Assembly (NCBI GenBank): GCA_003388555.1
Contig: QQVD01000018.1
Coordinates: forward strand, 1,274 to 65,273
Length of the DNA: 64,000 bases
Source: Acidobacteriota bacterium
GTDB taxonomy: Bacteria; Acidobacteriota; Thermoanaerobaculia; Multivoradales; Multivoraceae
Direction of reading: 5' to 3'
Below are positions 30,970 to 41,254 of the stretch, piece after piece (within the stretch, counting starts at the first letter, position 1; the number at the start of each line of letters is the position of its first letter). The notes under the pieces were generated by a model. The model was not told the DNA's origin and searched no databases. It saw only the letters and a program-made list of their open reading frames with translations. Position numbers and translations under genes: made by a program.

Positions 30970-31081
30970 CTCGGTGAGGCCGCGGCGCGATTCTGCTCTT
31001 CTCGTCCATCGAGGTCCCGATGCTAAGCCACCGCCGCCCAGCGTCGCCTTCTTCGTCTTCGCTCGACGGTGGCGGCGCTGC

Positions 31082-33484
31082 TCACAGCAGGTCCTGAGGA
31101 TCGACGTCGATCGTCAGCTCGCGGATCTCGAGCAGGCCGAGGTCCTCGAGCAGCCTGCGTATGCGGCGGCCCGAGGCGCCGCGCAGCAGCATCTGGAACC
31201 GCCACCGCCCGCGGAGCTTCTCGAACGCCGCTGGAGCGGGGCCGACGATCCGTAGCCCCCTGGCCAGCGGGTGCCGCTCGATGCGCCGGGCGATCTCGCG
31301 CATTCGTGACTCGGCCCGCTCGCGGCCCCGATCCTGCAGTAGCAGCGCCACCATGCGAGTGAAGGGCGGATAGTGGAAGATCTCCCGGAAACGAAGCTCC
31401 TCCCTGGCGAAGGCGTCGTCGTCGTGGTGCAGAGCGGCTTGGATCGCATAGTGCTCCGGATGGTGTGTCTGGATCACGAAGCGGCCGCGACGGTCGCCGC
31501 GCCCGGCCCTGCCCGCGACCTGGGTGAGCAGGTTGTAGGTGCGCTCGACAGCACGAAAGTCGGGGAAGCCGAGGTAGGTGTCGGCCGACATCACCGCCAC
31601 CAGGTGCACGTTCGGGAAGTGGTGTCCCTTGGCCACCATCTGAGTGCCCACCAGTACCCGTGTGCGGCCGCTGCGGAACCGCTCGAGCACCGCCGCGACT
31701 CCGCCGCGACGCTGGGTGCTGTCGCGATCGAGCGTGGCGACCTCGACACCGGGGAAGAGGCTGCGGAAGTCGTCCTCGACCCGCTCGGTCCCGGCGCCGA
31801 TCGCCTCGAGAGCCGCCTCGCCGCAGCTCGGACAGCGCTTCGGCACCGGCAGCATCGAACCGCAGTAGTGGCAGAGCATCCGCCCCTCCCTGCGATGCCA
31901 GGTCCGCGGCAGGCCGCAGTCCTCGCAGCGCTGGTCCTCGCCGCAGGCCCGGCACAGCAGCAGCGGCGCGAATCCGCGACGGTTGCGCAGCAGGATGATC
32001 TGGCGCTCCTCCTTCAGTGCAGCCTCGATTTCGCTCCGTAGCAGCTGCGAGAAGTGCACCTCACCCGGCCGGTGCGAGAACGACTCGCGGCGCAGGTCGA
32101 CCAGCACGCCCTCGGGCAGGCCGCCCTCCCCCACCCGCTCGGTGAGCTCGAGCTCGCCGTAGCGTTCGCGGGCGACGTTGAGCCGGCTCTCGAGGCTCGG
32201 TGTGGCCGACGCCAGGAGCGCCGTCGCCCCCTCGCTGCGTGCCCGTACCAGGGCGAGGTCGCGGCCGTTGTAGCGCGGCGTGGCGTCCTGCTTGTAGGCC
32301 GCATCGTGCTCCTCGTCGACCACCACCAGGCCCAGCCTCTTCAGCGGCGCGAAGACTGCCGAGCGTGGACCGACGACGATCTGGGCCGCCCCGGAGCGGA
32401 TCCGCTGCCACTGATCGGAGCGTTCGGCGCGCGACAGGTTCGAGTGCAGCACCGCGACCCGCCCTGCGAAGCGCTCGACCAGGGTGCGTGCCAGGGCCGG
32501 GACCATCGCGATCTCCGGCACCATGACGATCGATCCACGCTGTTGCCCGAGCGAGTGGGCGATCGCTCGCAGATAGACCTCGGTCTTGCCCGATCCGGTC
32601 ATCCCGCGCAGCAGCCATGGAGAGAACTCGGCCCGCGCCAGGGCCTCCTCCAGTCGTCGCACCGCAACGCTCTGGTCGGCGCGCAGCTCGAAGGGAGCGA
32701 CGGTCGCGCTGGCGAGCAGGTGGCGGTCGACCGGCTGCTGGCGGACCTCGGTGAACTTGCGCACCAGGCCGAGCTCGTCGAGCCTGCGCACCACGCCCGA
32801 CGAGCAGTCGGCCGCACGACAGATCTCGTCGGAGCTCGCCGGCCGCCCCGCCTCGAGCAGCCAGGCGAACGCGGCGCGGGCCTTCGGGGAGCGCGCCAAC
32901 ACCTCTTCCCCCCGCTGTCGCTCGCCGGGCACCGCTTCGTACGCGGTGCGGTAGCGGCCGCTGGCGGTGTCGTCCGACTCGATGCGGATCCAACCACGCT
33001 CTCGCATCTCCTCGAGGGTGGCGCCGAGCTCGGGCGTATCGATCCGCTCCACGACCTCGTGCTGGCGAAGGGCGCCGCGATCGATCAGCAGCGCACGGAC
33101 CTCCTTGGCCAGCCCTTCGGCGCGGGCCTGGAACATGCCGCGGTCGGTGATCCGGATCCGCCTCGCGCCCCAGCTCTCGAGGCCTGAAGGAACGACGCCG
33201 CGCAGCACCTCGCCGATCGGCGCGAGGTAGTAGTCGGCGGTGAAGCGGGCGAGGTCCAGCAGCGCCCGCGGCACCACCGGCTGGTCGTCGAGAACCGCGC
33301 CGATCGGCTTCAGCTGCTGCGGCTCGATGTCGGCAGGCGCCGAGGCGTCGGGTTCGACGATGATGCCGACCACGCTGCGGCGTCCCAGGGGTACCCGGAC
33401 ACGGACTCCGGTCTGGAGCTTCGCGTGCGCCGGCGCCGTGTAGGTGAGAGGCTGGTGCAGCGGCGCCGGCACCGCCACGGCCAC
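31082..33484 (-). CDS. priA: Primosomal protein N' (PriA helicase)
   Basis: Walker A GMTGSGKTEVY, DEEH box (VVVDEEHD), Cys-rich zinc-binding region (CRACGEDQRCEDCGLPRTWHRREGRMLCHYCG…CPSCG). Start set at in-frame GTG 33484 (VAVAVPAPLHQPLTYT…), start uncertain. ORF 31082..33700 has no ATG near the conserved N-terminus. Confidence 0.88.
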   Translation of the reverse strand: MAVAVPAPLHQPLTYTAPAHAKLQTGVRVRVPLGRRSVVGIIVEPDASAPADIEPQQLKPIGAVLDDQPVVPRALLDLARFTADYYLAPIGEVLRGVVPSGLESWGARRIRITDRGMFQARAEGLAKEVRALLIDRGALRQHEVVERIDTPELGATLEEMRERGWIRIESDDTASGRYRTAYEAVPGERQRGEEVLARSPKARAAFAWLLEAGRPASSDEICRAADCSSGVVRRLDELGLVRKFTEVRQQPVDRHLLASATVAPFELRADQSVAVRRLEEALARAEFSPWLLRGMTGSGKTEVYLRAIAHSLGQQRGSIVMVPEIAMVPALARTLVERFAGRVAVLHSNLSRAERSDQWQRIRSGAAQIVVGPRSAVFAPLKRLGLVVVDEEHDAAYKQDATPRYNGRDLALVRARSEGATALLASATPSLESRLNVARERYGELELTERVGEGGLPEGVLVDLRRESFSHRPGEVHFSQLLRSEIEAALKEERQIILLRNRRGFAPLLLCRACGEDQRCEDCGLPRTWHRREGRMLCHYCGSMLPVPKRCPSCGEAALEAIGAGTERVEDDFRSLFPGVEVATLDRDSTQRRGGVAAVLERFRSGRTRVLVGTQMVAKGHHFPNVHLVAVMSADTYLGFPDFRAVERTYNLLTQVAGRAGRGDRRGRFVIQTHHPEHYAIQAALHHDDDAFAREELRFREIFHYPPFTRMVALLLQDRGRERAESRMREIARRIERHPLARGLRIVGPAPAAFEKLRGRWRFQMLLRGASGRRIRRLLEDLGLLEIRELTIDVDPQDLL

Positions 33485-33554
33485 GCATCGCGGCAGGGTG
33501 TTCTTCTCGCGGTGTTCGCCCAACGTAGCCCCACCGTAGCCCAAGCCTGGCGAG

Positions 33555-33860
33555 CTACGTCGCGACGCGACAGCGACCGCAGAGCAGGCGGCCACCTGGG
33601 CCCTCGACGAGGCGCTGGCGCGGGGTGTGAACACCGCACTGCGTACACACCGCCAGCAGCTCGACCCGGCGCGGTCGCGCATCGCCCGCATCGACGTCAT
33701 CGCCGTCGCGGGCGGCTGTCGATCGTCGTCGACGCATCTCGTCCGCCAGGCGGCGCGCCGCCTGCACGTCCGGCCGTTCGAGCAACCCGGCGATCTGCGA
33801 CCGGATCGCCATCCAGATCAGGATCAGGGCGATCAGAACGACCAGCAGCTTGCTCAGCAT
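33555..33860 (-). CDS. Small hypothetical protein with N-terminal TM helix and C-terminal CxxC…CxxC zinc-ribbon-like motif
   Basis: 101 aa (MLSKLLVVLIALILIWMAI…CTQCGVHTPRQRLVEGPGGRLLCGRC). G/C-rich third positions. Confidence 0.45.
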   Translation of the reverse strand: MLSKLLVVLIALILIWMAIRSQIAGLLERPDVQAARRLADEMRRRRSTAARDGDDVDAGDARPRRVELLAVCTQCGVHTPRQRLVEGPGGRLLCGRCRVAT

Positions 33861-33887
33861 CGCGGGCCGACCCTCGGAGCCTGAGGC

Positions 33888-34409
33888 TCAGTCCTCTTCC
33901 GCTGCCTTGGCCTTCTTGCGCTTGGCGATGCTGGCGTTGAGCGCTTTCTCGACGAGCTTCTCGGCGTCCTCTTCGGCGATCTTCTTGACGTGCGCGACTT
34001 CACTGACGATGAAGTACTTGGCGCTCTCGTACATCTTCTTCTCGCGGAAGGAGAGGCTCTTCTTCTGGCTGACCAGACGGAGGTTCTTGAGTACCTCGGC
34101 GACGTCGGGCAGCGAGCCCGTCTTCATCTTGTCGAGGTTCTGCTTGTACCGACCCTTCCAGTCCTTGTAGGTGTCGATCTTGCCGTCCTCGAGCAGGGTG
34201 AAGAGGTCCTTGATGTCCTTCGCCCGGCACAGCGGCCGCAGTCCGACGAGCTCGAGGTTCTGCTCGGGCACCATCACCTTCGAGTCGTTCGACAGCAGTC
34301 GCAGGTGGTAGAACGTCTGCTGCATCCCGTCGATCGAGCTGTCCGCGATCTCCTCGACGACGCTGACCCCGTGATTCGGGTACACCACTTTCTGTCCAAG
34401 TTCGAACAA
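33888..34409 (-). CDS. carD: CarD/CdnL-family RNA-polymerase-binding transcription factor
   Basis: 173 aa (MFELGQKVVYPNHGVSVVEEI…), RNAP-interacting domain fold pattern plus basic C-terminal tail. Confidence 0.88.
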   Translation of the reverse strand: MFELGQKVVYPNHGVSVVEEIADSSIDGMQQTFYHLRLLSNDSKVMVPEQNLELVGLRPLCRAKDIKDLFTLLEDGKIDTYKDWKGRYKQNLDKMKTGSLPDVAEVLKNLRLVSQKKSLSFREKKMYESAKYFIVSEVAHVKKIAEEDAEKLVEKALNASIAKRKKAKAAEED

Positions 34410-34680
34410 AGCTCGGCTCCTTCTCTATCGCTGCCCATCACCCTTGAGCCCGGATCGCGTCTCGAGACACGCTCCGTCCCGAGACACGAAGAGCCTGGCG
34501 CGCTTCCCCGCGCGCTCAGGAACAGCTTCGACCCGGCGCAGGCGATGCTGGATGTACTGTCGGCAGCCCGGCTCTCGCTTCCGGGCACTCTCCGAGGAGG
34601 CCCGAGGATTGCATAATCGGCGCCGATTGTCAATCTGCCGGGCGGCAGTTTCATTGGGTGGAACCGGACTCCGGGCCACC

Positions 34681-34697
34681 TGTGGCACCGTGCCACA
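34681..34697. promoter_or_regulatory. Perfect 17-bp palindrome TGTGGCACCGTGCCACA (candidate operator)
   Basis: Direct reading. Lies about 110 bp upstream of tRNA-Leu(CAA), in the divergent carD upstream region. Confidence 0.35.
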
Positions 34698-34805
34698 ACC
34701 TCCAGCGGAGACGTTCAGGGGACATTCATCGGCCTCGGGCGAGGCGCCGGTTTGACACCCCCTCCACCCCGCCTCTACGATGACCGGCCGGCCGGACGGC
34801 TCTCA

Positions 34806-34891
34806 GCCGGAGTGGCGGAATGGCAGACGCGGGGGACTCAAAATCCTCTGCCCGCAAGGGCTTGTGGGTTCGACTCCCACCTCCGGTACCA
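34806..34891 (+). tRNA. tRNA-Leu (anticodon CAA), CCA encoded
   Basis: GCCGGAGTGGCGGAATGGCAGACGCGGGGGACTCAAAATCCTCTGCCCGCAAGGGCTTGTGGGTTCGACTCCCACCTCCGGTACCA. Cloverleaf folds with long variable arm, anticodon loop CTCAAAA. Confidence 0.9.
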
Positions 34892-34996
34892 GCACCGACC
34901 GTCGGCGACCCTGCCGACACCCGACCAAGCGGCGCCTGTCAGGCCAGCCTCCGTCTCCTGTCCCGGAGATCGCCTGGCCGAACCGGGGGCCGTCGC

Positions 34997-36667
34997 TCAG
35001 GGCTGCGACGCCGACTGCTGCTCCGTCGGCTCCAGGGTCTCGAGGTCAGTGTCGTCCTCGATCTCCACACCGGCCTCTTCGAGCAGCTGGCCGGTGGCCT
35101 TGTAGAAGGCGGTGAGGGCGCGACGGTACGCGGTGATGGCATTCACCTCGCGGCTGCGCGCCTGAGACAGATCCTCCTGGATCTCGAGCACCTGGAAGCT
35201 GGTGGTGATGCCGTTCTCGTAGCGCTTCTCCTCGGCGTCGAGGTTGCGCTCCGCGAGCTCACGGGAGATGCGTGCCGAGTCGATCTGCTGCGCCGCGGTG
35301 CGCACACCTCGCGCCGCCCGGCGCACGTCGGTCTGGACCTGCAGCAGTGTCTGTTCGAGCTGGGTCTCTCCCTGTTCGAGCGCGAGATCGGCGATCGTCG
35401 ACTGGGCACGGGCGGCCCGGTTCTGCAGCGGCATCGCGAAGTTCAGCGCCACCTGCCAGGCGTCGAAGTCCCGGTCGATCACCTGATCGAGCGCGTCGTC
35501 GTAGCCTCCTGGAACGATCGTGACCACCGGATCGGGGTCGAAGATGCTGCCTTCGGTGACCGCGACGTCGCCACCCAGGCCGCTGTAGCCGTAGCGGACC
35601 TCGAGGCCGAGGCGCGGCAGCCTTTGGTTGCGGAAGAACCGCGAGTCGAGCGCCAGCTGCTCGATCCGTTTCCGTGCCGCGCGCACTTCCGGGCGCTCCT
35701 GGTTGGCGGTGGCGAGGGCCCGGTCCAGATCGATCTCGAGGCGCGCCTGCTCGGGGTCCGTAGCGGGCACGATCTGCGCGTCCCAGAACCTCGGGCCGTC
35801 GAGGTTCAGCAGCTCCCGCAGCGAGTCCGCGGCATCCTCGACGTCGGCCTCGAGACGGATGATGTCTTCCTGTCGGGTGGCGATGCCCACCTCGGACTGG
35901 ATGAGCTCGAGCGGCGCCTTGGTGCCGACATCGACCTGCACCTTGTTCATCTCGTGCAGTTCCTCGGCCAGTCCGAGACTCTCCCGCGCCACTTCGAGCT
36001 GGGCCCTCGACTCGACCAGGCTCCAGTAGGCGCTCTCGACCAGCTCGATGGTGTCCGACACCGCCCGCTCGAGGTCCTCGAGCGCGATCTCGGCGTCGAG
36101 TCCCGCGATGCGCAGGTTCCGCTCGGTCGCCAGTCGGCCCCGCCCGCGCAGCAGCGGCTGCGAGAAGACCGCCTCGATGCCGACGTCGAAGCTGGGGTTG
36201 ATCTGGGCGAACACCGAGTTCGACTCGAAGCGCTGGTTGGTGAAGGAGAGTCCCGCCACGCCGCCGGTCGGGATCAGTCGGTCGAGGCCGAGATTCAGGC
36301 TCTGGGTCTCGGACAGCCTCACGTCGGCGCCGTCGAGCTGCGAGGCAGCAGGCGTCGTCGAATCGCGGATCAGCCCATCGCCGGTCAGGTTGTAGTCGTA
36401 GATGCCGCGGTTCTGCAGCACCGTGAAGAGCGCCCGGCTGCGCTGGAAACGCTGGATCCGCAGTCCGAGATTGCGCTGCAGCGCGACCGCGATCGCCTCG
36501 TCGAGCCGCAGCTCCAGCACGTTGTCGTTGGTCGCCAGGGAGCTCTCTGCGTCGATCGTCTTCCACGACGTGCGGAAGGTCTTCGGCTCCTGTGCGAGGG
36601 ATGCAACCGGCGCCAGCGCGAGCAGCACCAGTGCCAGACCGGGGATCGAAAGCGTCGCTTTACGCAT
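34997..36667 (-). CDS. TolC-family outer membrane efflux protein
   Basis: 556 aa, signal peptide (MRKATLSIPGLALVLLALAPVASLAQEP), two OEP repeats. Confidence 0.82.
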   Translation of the reverse strand: MRKATLSIPGLALVLLALAPVASLAQEPKTFRTSWKTIDAESSLATNDNVLELRLDEAIAVALQRNLGLRIQRFQRSRALFTVLQNRGIYDYNLTGDGLIRDSTTPAASQLDGADVRLSETQSLNLGLDRLIPTGGVAGLSFTNQRFESNSVFAQINPSFDVGIEAVFSQPLLRGRGRLATERNLRIAGLDAEIALEDLERAVSDTIELVESAYWSLVESRAQLEVARESLGLAEELHEMNKVQVDVGTKAPLELIQSEVGIATRQEDIIRLEADVEDAADSLRELLNLDGPRFWDAQIVPATDPEQARLEIDLDRALATANQERPEVRAARKRIEQLALDSRFFRNQRLPRLGLEVRYGYSGLGGDVAVTEGSIFDPDPVVTIVPGGYDDALDQVIDRDFDAWQVALNFAMPLQNRAARAQSTIADLALEQGETQLEQTLLQVQTDVRRAARGVRTAAQQIDSARISRELAERNLDAEEKRYENGITTSFQVLEIQEDLSQARSREVNAITAYRRALTAFYKATGQLLEEAGVEIEDDTDLETLEPTEQQSASQP

Positions 36668-36698
36668 AAGGGGGAGAGGACCTCGCGAATTCGGCCGG

Positions 36699-36711
36699 AA
36701 CGAGTCTCGTT
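36699..36711. promoter_or_regulatory. 13-bp perfect palindrome AACGAGTCTCGTT, 30 bp upstream of the TolC-like gene start
   Basis: Direct reading. Operator-like geometry. Confidence 0.25.
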
Positions 36712-37257
36712 CGGCGGTGTCTCAGGAGCGGCGCCGGAGAGCAGGCCGCGGGATGGTCGGTGGGGACGGATGGGTCGCCGCGCTTGCACGATTCGCCGGC
36801 TGCAGCCTCTGGCCAGCCGCGGAAGTCGGACTTCGCGCCGGCGCGGGGTTGGAGGCGTACTGCCGGAGAGGAGGCGCGGCTTGTCGTGGAGAGCTTAGCG
36901 GCATGCCGGAGAGCTCGGCGTTCCTCGGGTCAGGTTCGACATTCCCAGGCGCTCGGACGCGGCCGCGGCGGTCGCCACGGTCCGTCGCCCGGTCCTCGTT
37001 CTCCGACGCACAGAGTAGACGCTGGCCGGGGTGACCTGTTTCCATCGACCGAGTCGTTGTCCGTACGTCGCACACCGCCAAAAGTTCCATCGTCCACGAG
37101 GGCGGACCGCCGCCGAAGTCACCGTATCTCGGGCCTGTGACCCTGTCCGGTCTCCGCGAACCGGATCCGGGCGACCGTCGGGGGCCACGGCTCCGCGATC
37201 TCCCGCGGCCGTTCCGAGTCGACAGGCGTCGCCGTGTCGGATCGTGTCCGGGTCGTC

Positions 37258-38994
37258 TCAGCGACTACGCAGCAACTCGCGGATCGCTTCCAGCGCGGCG
37301 CAGAGGGCGAACCCGGTGGCGCCGGCCTCGCGGCCGTCAGCCTCCTTGGCTCGGTAGGCAGGCCCGGCGATGTCTAGATGCGCCCACTCCCCTGCCCTGA
37401 CGAACTGGGAGAGGAACGCGGCGGCGGTGTTGGCGCTGCCCCAGCGCTCCGACGAGTTGCGAAGCCTGGCGTGCACGCCGCGCATCCGCTCGACGTCCTC
37501 ACTCCACAGCGGCAGGCGCCACAGACGCTCGCCGGTCCGCCGACCGGACTCGATCAACGAATTGGCGAGGCGGTCGCTCGGTGTGTAGACGGCGGCGGCG
37601 TCGTTGCCGAGGGCGACGACTGCGGCTCCGGTGAGGGTCGACATCTCGAGCAGCAGCCGCGGAGTGTGTCGCGACGCCAGGGCGAGAGCGTCGGCCAGGA
37701 TGAGTCGCCCCTCGGCGTCGGTGTTGATCACCTCGACAGTCGTCCCGTCGGCCATCTCGAGGATGTCGCTGGGGCGGTAGGCGGCGGCATCCGGGAGGTT
37801 CTCGGCCAGCGGCAGCAGCACGTCGAGCTCGATCGGCACCTCGAGGTCGGCGAGGAGCAGGCCGAGTGCGAGCACCGTGCAGGCGCCGCACTTGTCGTAC
37901 TTCATCTCCTCCATCGACGCCGCGGGCTTGATCGACAGGCCGCCGCTGTCGAAGGTGACGCCCTTTCCGACCAGGGCGACCCGCGGTGGCGAGCCGTCCT
38001 CGGCGCTCGCCGACCTCGTCGCACCGCCGCTGCTGAGGCGCACGAGCCGGGGGCCGTTGACCGAACCGCCTCCGACCGCGGCGAGCCCGCCGAGGCCTTC
38101 GGCACGAATTCGATCCGGCCCCCACACCTCGACCCGCAGGCCGGCGTCGCGGCCTACCCGTCGGGCCAGCCCGGCGATCCACTCCGGCGTGGCGATGTTG
38201 GCCGGCACGTTGCCGAGCGCCCGCGCGAAGCCGAGCCGAGCGATGACCCGGCGCAGCTCGCGCTCCTCCTGCTCTCCAAACGACCCAGGGAGCAAACAGC
38301 CGCACAGCTTCACCTCGAGCTCCGGAGCTCGTTCTCCCGCCCCTTTGCGTGCGTCGCGGAAGGCATCGAAGCGGAAGAGACCTTCGTCGATGGCGCGCGC
38401 CAGGCGCAGCCGGCTGTCGAACAGAGGCGCTGCGCGACCGGGACCGGCCTCCCCCGCGACGCCGTCGCCGCCGGCCAGTGCCACGAGCGTGACGCTGGCG
38501 GCGCCGACCTCGCGCGCCATCACCAGCGCTCCCCGGACCCAGGCATGGGCCGGGGCCCCGCGATCGGAGACCGGAACGTGCCCTGCGCCGGCGGAGGTCG
38601 ACCCGGCGTCGTCCGGCGCCGGCCGCACCACCTGCAGGTGGAGCCCGTCCGACGACACGCCGCGCAGGCTACGGGTCGAACGAGACCGGCCGGCGCCGGC
38701 GCTGCTGCGCCGACCGCGAGCATCCGCTGGACGCCGTGCGCCTCCACCGTCCCGGTCGAGGGCGTCGAGGTGGACCTCCAACGCCCGCCGCAGTTCGGCC
38801 GGCAGACCGTCGAGTGCATCGCGACCGACGGTCGCCGGCGCGAAGACGCTCACCAGCTCGGAGCGAGCAGCCCGCGGCGGCACCCGCCTCAGGCGGGGCA
38901 TGCGGTCGACGACGAAGGTCGTCGCCAGCTCTTCCGCGAGCAGCGCCGCGCGCTGCCTCCGACCGCCGCGCGGCTCTCGGCGAGCCGGGCTCAT
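37258..38994 (-). CDS. pepA: Leucyl aminopeptidase (M17 family, PepA)
   Basis: C-terminal catalytic domain motifs (VGKGVTFDSGGLSIKP, NTDAEGRLILADAL). N-terminal extent uncertain. Confidence 0.83.
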   Translation of the reverse strand: MSPARREPRGGRRQRAALLAEELATTFVVDRMPRLRRVPPRAARSELVSVFAPATVGRDALDGLPAELRRALEVHLDALDRDGGGARRPADARGRRSSAGAGRSRSTRSLRGVSSDGLHLQVVRPAPDDAGSTSAGAGHVPVSDRGAPAHAWVRGALVMAREVGAASVTLVALAGGDGVAGEAGPGRAAPLFDSRLRLARAIDEGLFRFDAFRDARKGAGERAPELEVKLCGCLLPGSFGEQEERELRRVIARLGFARALGNVPANIATPEWIAGLARRVGRDAGLRVEVWGPDRIRAEGLGGLAAVGGGSVNGPRLVRLSSGGATRSASAEDGSPPRVALVGKGVTFDSGGLSIKPAASMEEMKYDKCGACTVLALGLLLADLEVPIELDVLLPLAENLPDAAAYRPSDILEMADGTTVEVINTDAEGRLILADALALASRHTPRLLLEMSTLTGAAVVALGNDAAAVYTPSDRLANSLIESGRRTGERLWRLPLWSEDVERMRGVHARLRNSSERWGSANTAAAFLSQFVRAGEWAHLDIAGPAYRAKEADGREAGATGFALCAALEAIRELLRSR

Positions 38995-39116
38995 GGCGAC
39001 CCGGGTGAGCTCGGACCGCTCGCCGACCTCGCCGCCGCGCCGACGGCGCCGCGACTGCGGTTACAGTCCGGGTCCACCCCACACGCCTGCTGTCGCCGTG
39101 CAGCGCGAGAAGCCCG

Positions 39117-41156
39117 ATGGCCGAACAAGACAACCTGCTCGACCACCTCCGAGGTCCGTTCAACTTCCTCGATCCGTCGATCGAGTCGATCCGACTTCAC
39201 CACGCGCGGCTCTCCCAGCTCCTGCCCAGGCCGCGTCCGATCTTCCTGCGCGACGGAGCCGCGACGCCCGTCATGGGCTTCCCGGTCCAGCGCAATCGCA
39301 GCGCGCTACGTCTCGCCGAGGCGCTGCGACTCTACATCGAGTCGGAGGAGCGAGCACAGGTCGCCACCCTGACCGGCGGCGCCGGCTTCGACCTGCGCTC
39401 GCACCAGATGGCCTGGTCCAACTACCGCGAGCAGCTCGAGGAGGTCAGCGAGAACCTGTTCAGCTCGAACTACGGGCGGAGCTTCCCGCAGATCTTCTGG
39501 CTCGACCACTCTCGTGACCTGGTGACGATCCTGCGCGGCACGCCGAGCCGGATCCGCCGTCTCGACCTGCAGATCGGCAAGCGTCGAGGAGAACAGCTGC
39601 GCTACACGGTGCTGTTCAAGTTCCTGCAGCGGGTGATCGCGCTGTGCTACGACCTCGCGGCGAGGATCTCACGCGAAACCGGGCAGACCGAAGAGGAGCT
39701 GTTCCCGCCCATCCTGACCCTGATGCAGGACAACGTGCTGATCCTGACCGAGGACCACGTCGGGCGGGAGCTCGAGGAGCTGGTCGGCTACTTCCGCGGC
39801 TACCTCAAGATCGACGGCCGCAGCCTCCTCTATCGGGTCGCTCTCCTGCGCAGCTGGCACCGCGAGACGCTGGCAGCGGACCCCTTCCTGCGCAGGACGG
39901 CGGAGACCCTGCACCCGGGAAGCGACGAGGCTCCCGACTCGCTCCTCCATCGTCAGGGCTACCTGGACATCCTGTCAGGACATCCCGGTTACGATCCGGC
40001 CGCCCTGCTCGGACCTCCGGAGATCCGGCTCTGGTCGGCCCTGCTCGAGAAGCTCAAGGAGTTCGAGCTACTCAACGCCACCCGCCGGCTGATCGTCGAG
40101 GTCACTGCGTCCGAGCGTGGCTATCTCTGCCCGGGCAGCGCCGCGAAGCGACTCGGGCTGCCGCCGCAGGACGTCGAGCTCTTCCGCGAGACCCGCCCAC
40201 TCGACTTCTCCGCACCGTGGATCATCGATCCCGAGGTCTCGCGCGTCGGCCTGATCTACGACATCACCGAGTTCTCGGCCATCGTCAGCATCGTCCGCCT
40301 CGCCGATCGCGCCTCACAGAACGACTCGTACCGGCAGATCTTCACCTTCCAGCACCGGATCAACCAGATCGCTCGCCTGCTCCGGTTGCGCATCGAGAAG
40401 TACCTCGGCGACGGCGCCTTCTATTCGGGGCGCAATCCGCTGCGCATGCTGATCGCGGCGCTGCGCATGCAGCGGGCCTACGCGGCCGCGGTGGCTGACG
40501 GATTCCCCTTCGACCGCGGCATGCGCCTGGCGCTGAACTTCGGTTCCTACCGACTGCTGCCGCTCGGCGGCAGCAACACAACCGAGGAGGAGCGCTACGA
40601 GGTCTACGGCCACGGACTGGTCGAGCTGTCGCGTCTGGTCAGCGGCAAGAAGGGGCTCGACTTCGAGGAGATCAAGTCGGTGCTGATCGCGCGCGGCTAC
40701 GACGAGCTGGCGGTCAACGACTTCTTCGCGCCGGTGACCGCGGACAGCGCGCGCGCCACGTTCGATCGCGCCAAGGGCGAGTTCTTCGCCGAGCTGAGCC
40801 GTGACGGCGCGCTGGTCAACGAGGGGATCGTCGCCACCGAGCGCTTCCTCGAGGAGCTGCAGCGGAGCCGGCACCTCGGACCGCTGTTCAAGGCGCAAAG
40901 GGACGATCGCAGCTATGTCGTCGTCGCCCAGCCCGCCGGTCCGGGCGAACGTGAGCTCATCGCGGTGAGGCGGCTCGGCCTCGCCCGTCTCAAGGGCCTC
41001 GACAAGCTCTCGGTGTACGAGGTGCTCGACGCCACCGGTTGGGAGCTCAAGCGCGAGGACCAGCTGCACCGCGTGCCGCTGGTGCAGGCGATCAACGAGT
41101 CGTTCACCGCCAGCCTCGCTCGCGCCGGCCGGCCGACGCCGATCCGTCCGCTCTAG
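39117..41156 (+). CDS. Hypothetical 679-aa protein with a central region resembling a class III adenylate/guanylate cyclase catalytic domain (divergent)
   Basis: G/C-dominated third codon positions across the ORF, as in the other coding regions here. Residues about 365-510 carry CHD-like motifs in the correct order: [11 protein letters not shown] (cf VTVLFADIVGFT), [10 protein letters not shown] (cf KTIGDAYM), [10 protein letters not shown] (cf RIGIHTG) and [16 protein letters not shown] (cf YDVWGDTVNLASRME, with Asn replaced by Glu). Confidence 0.75.
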   Translation: MAEQDNLLDHLRGPFNFLDPSIESIRLHHARLSQLLPRPRPIFLRDGAATPVMGFPVQRNRSALRLAEALRLYIESEERAQVATLTGGAGFDLRSHQMAWSNYREQLEEVSENLFSSNYGRSFPQIFWLDHSRDLVTILRGTPSRIRRLDLQIGKRRGEQLRYTVLFKFLQRVIALCYDLAARISRETGQTEEELFPPILTLMQDNVLILTEDHVGRELEELVGYFRGYLKIDGRSLLYRVALLRSWHRETLAADPFLRRTAETLHPGSDEAPDSLLHRQGYLDILSGHPGYDPAALLGPPEIRLWSALLEKLKEFELLNATRRLIVEVTASERGYLCPGSAAKRLGLPPQDVELFRETRPLDFSAPWIIDPEVSRVGLIYDITEFSAIVSIVRLADRASQNDSYRQIFTFQHRINQIARLLRLRIEKYLGDGAFYSGRNPLRMLIAALRMQRAYAAAVADGFPFDRGMRLALNFGSYRLLPLGGSNTTEEERYEVYGHGLVELSRLVSGKKGLDFEEIKSVLIARGYDELAVNDFFAPVTADSARATFDRAKGEFFAELSRDGALVNEGIVATERFLEELQRSRHLGPLFKAQRDDRSYVVVAQPAGPGERELIAVRRLGLARLKGLDKLSVYEVLDATGWELKREDQLHRVPLVQAINESFTASLARAGRPTPIRPL

Positions 41157-41182
41157 CAGTCCCGGAGGGCCATCCGGGACTG
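41157..41182 (+). terminator. GC-rich hairpin directly after the stop codon of gene 39117..41156
   Basis: CAGTCCCGG-AGGGCCAT-CCGGGACTG, 9-bp stem. No U-tract, which is common in high-GC genomes. Confidence 0.4.
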
Positions 41183-41254
41183 CTGGACCGGGCCGAGTCG
41201 GGCGCAGCGCCGCTCGGCCCGTGACCTGGCCCGCTATGATCGCCGCGCCGTTGC

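Noticed and set aside
34683-34697. TGGCAC hexamer as a sigma-54 -24 element
   Set aside because: No GC/TTGC -12 element at the required spacing. It is part of a perfect palindrome instead.
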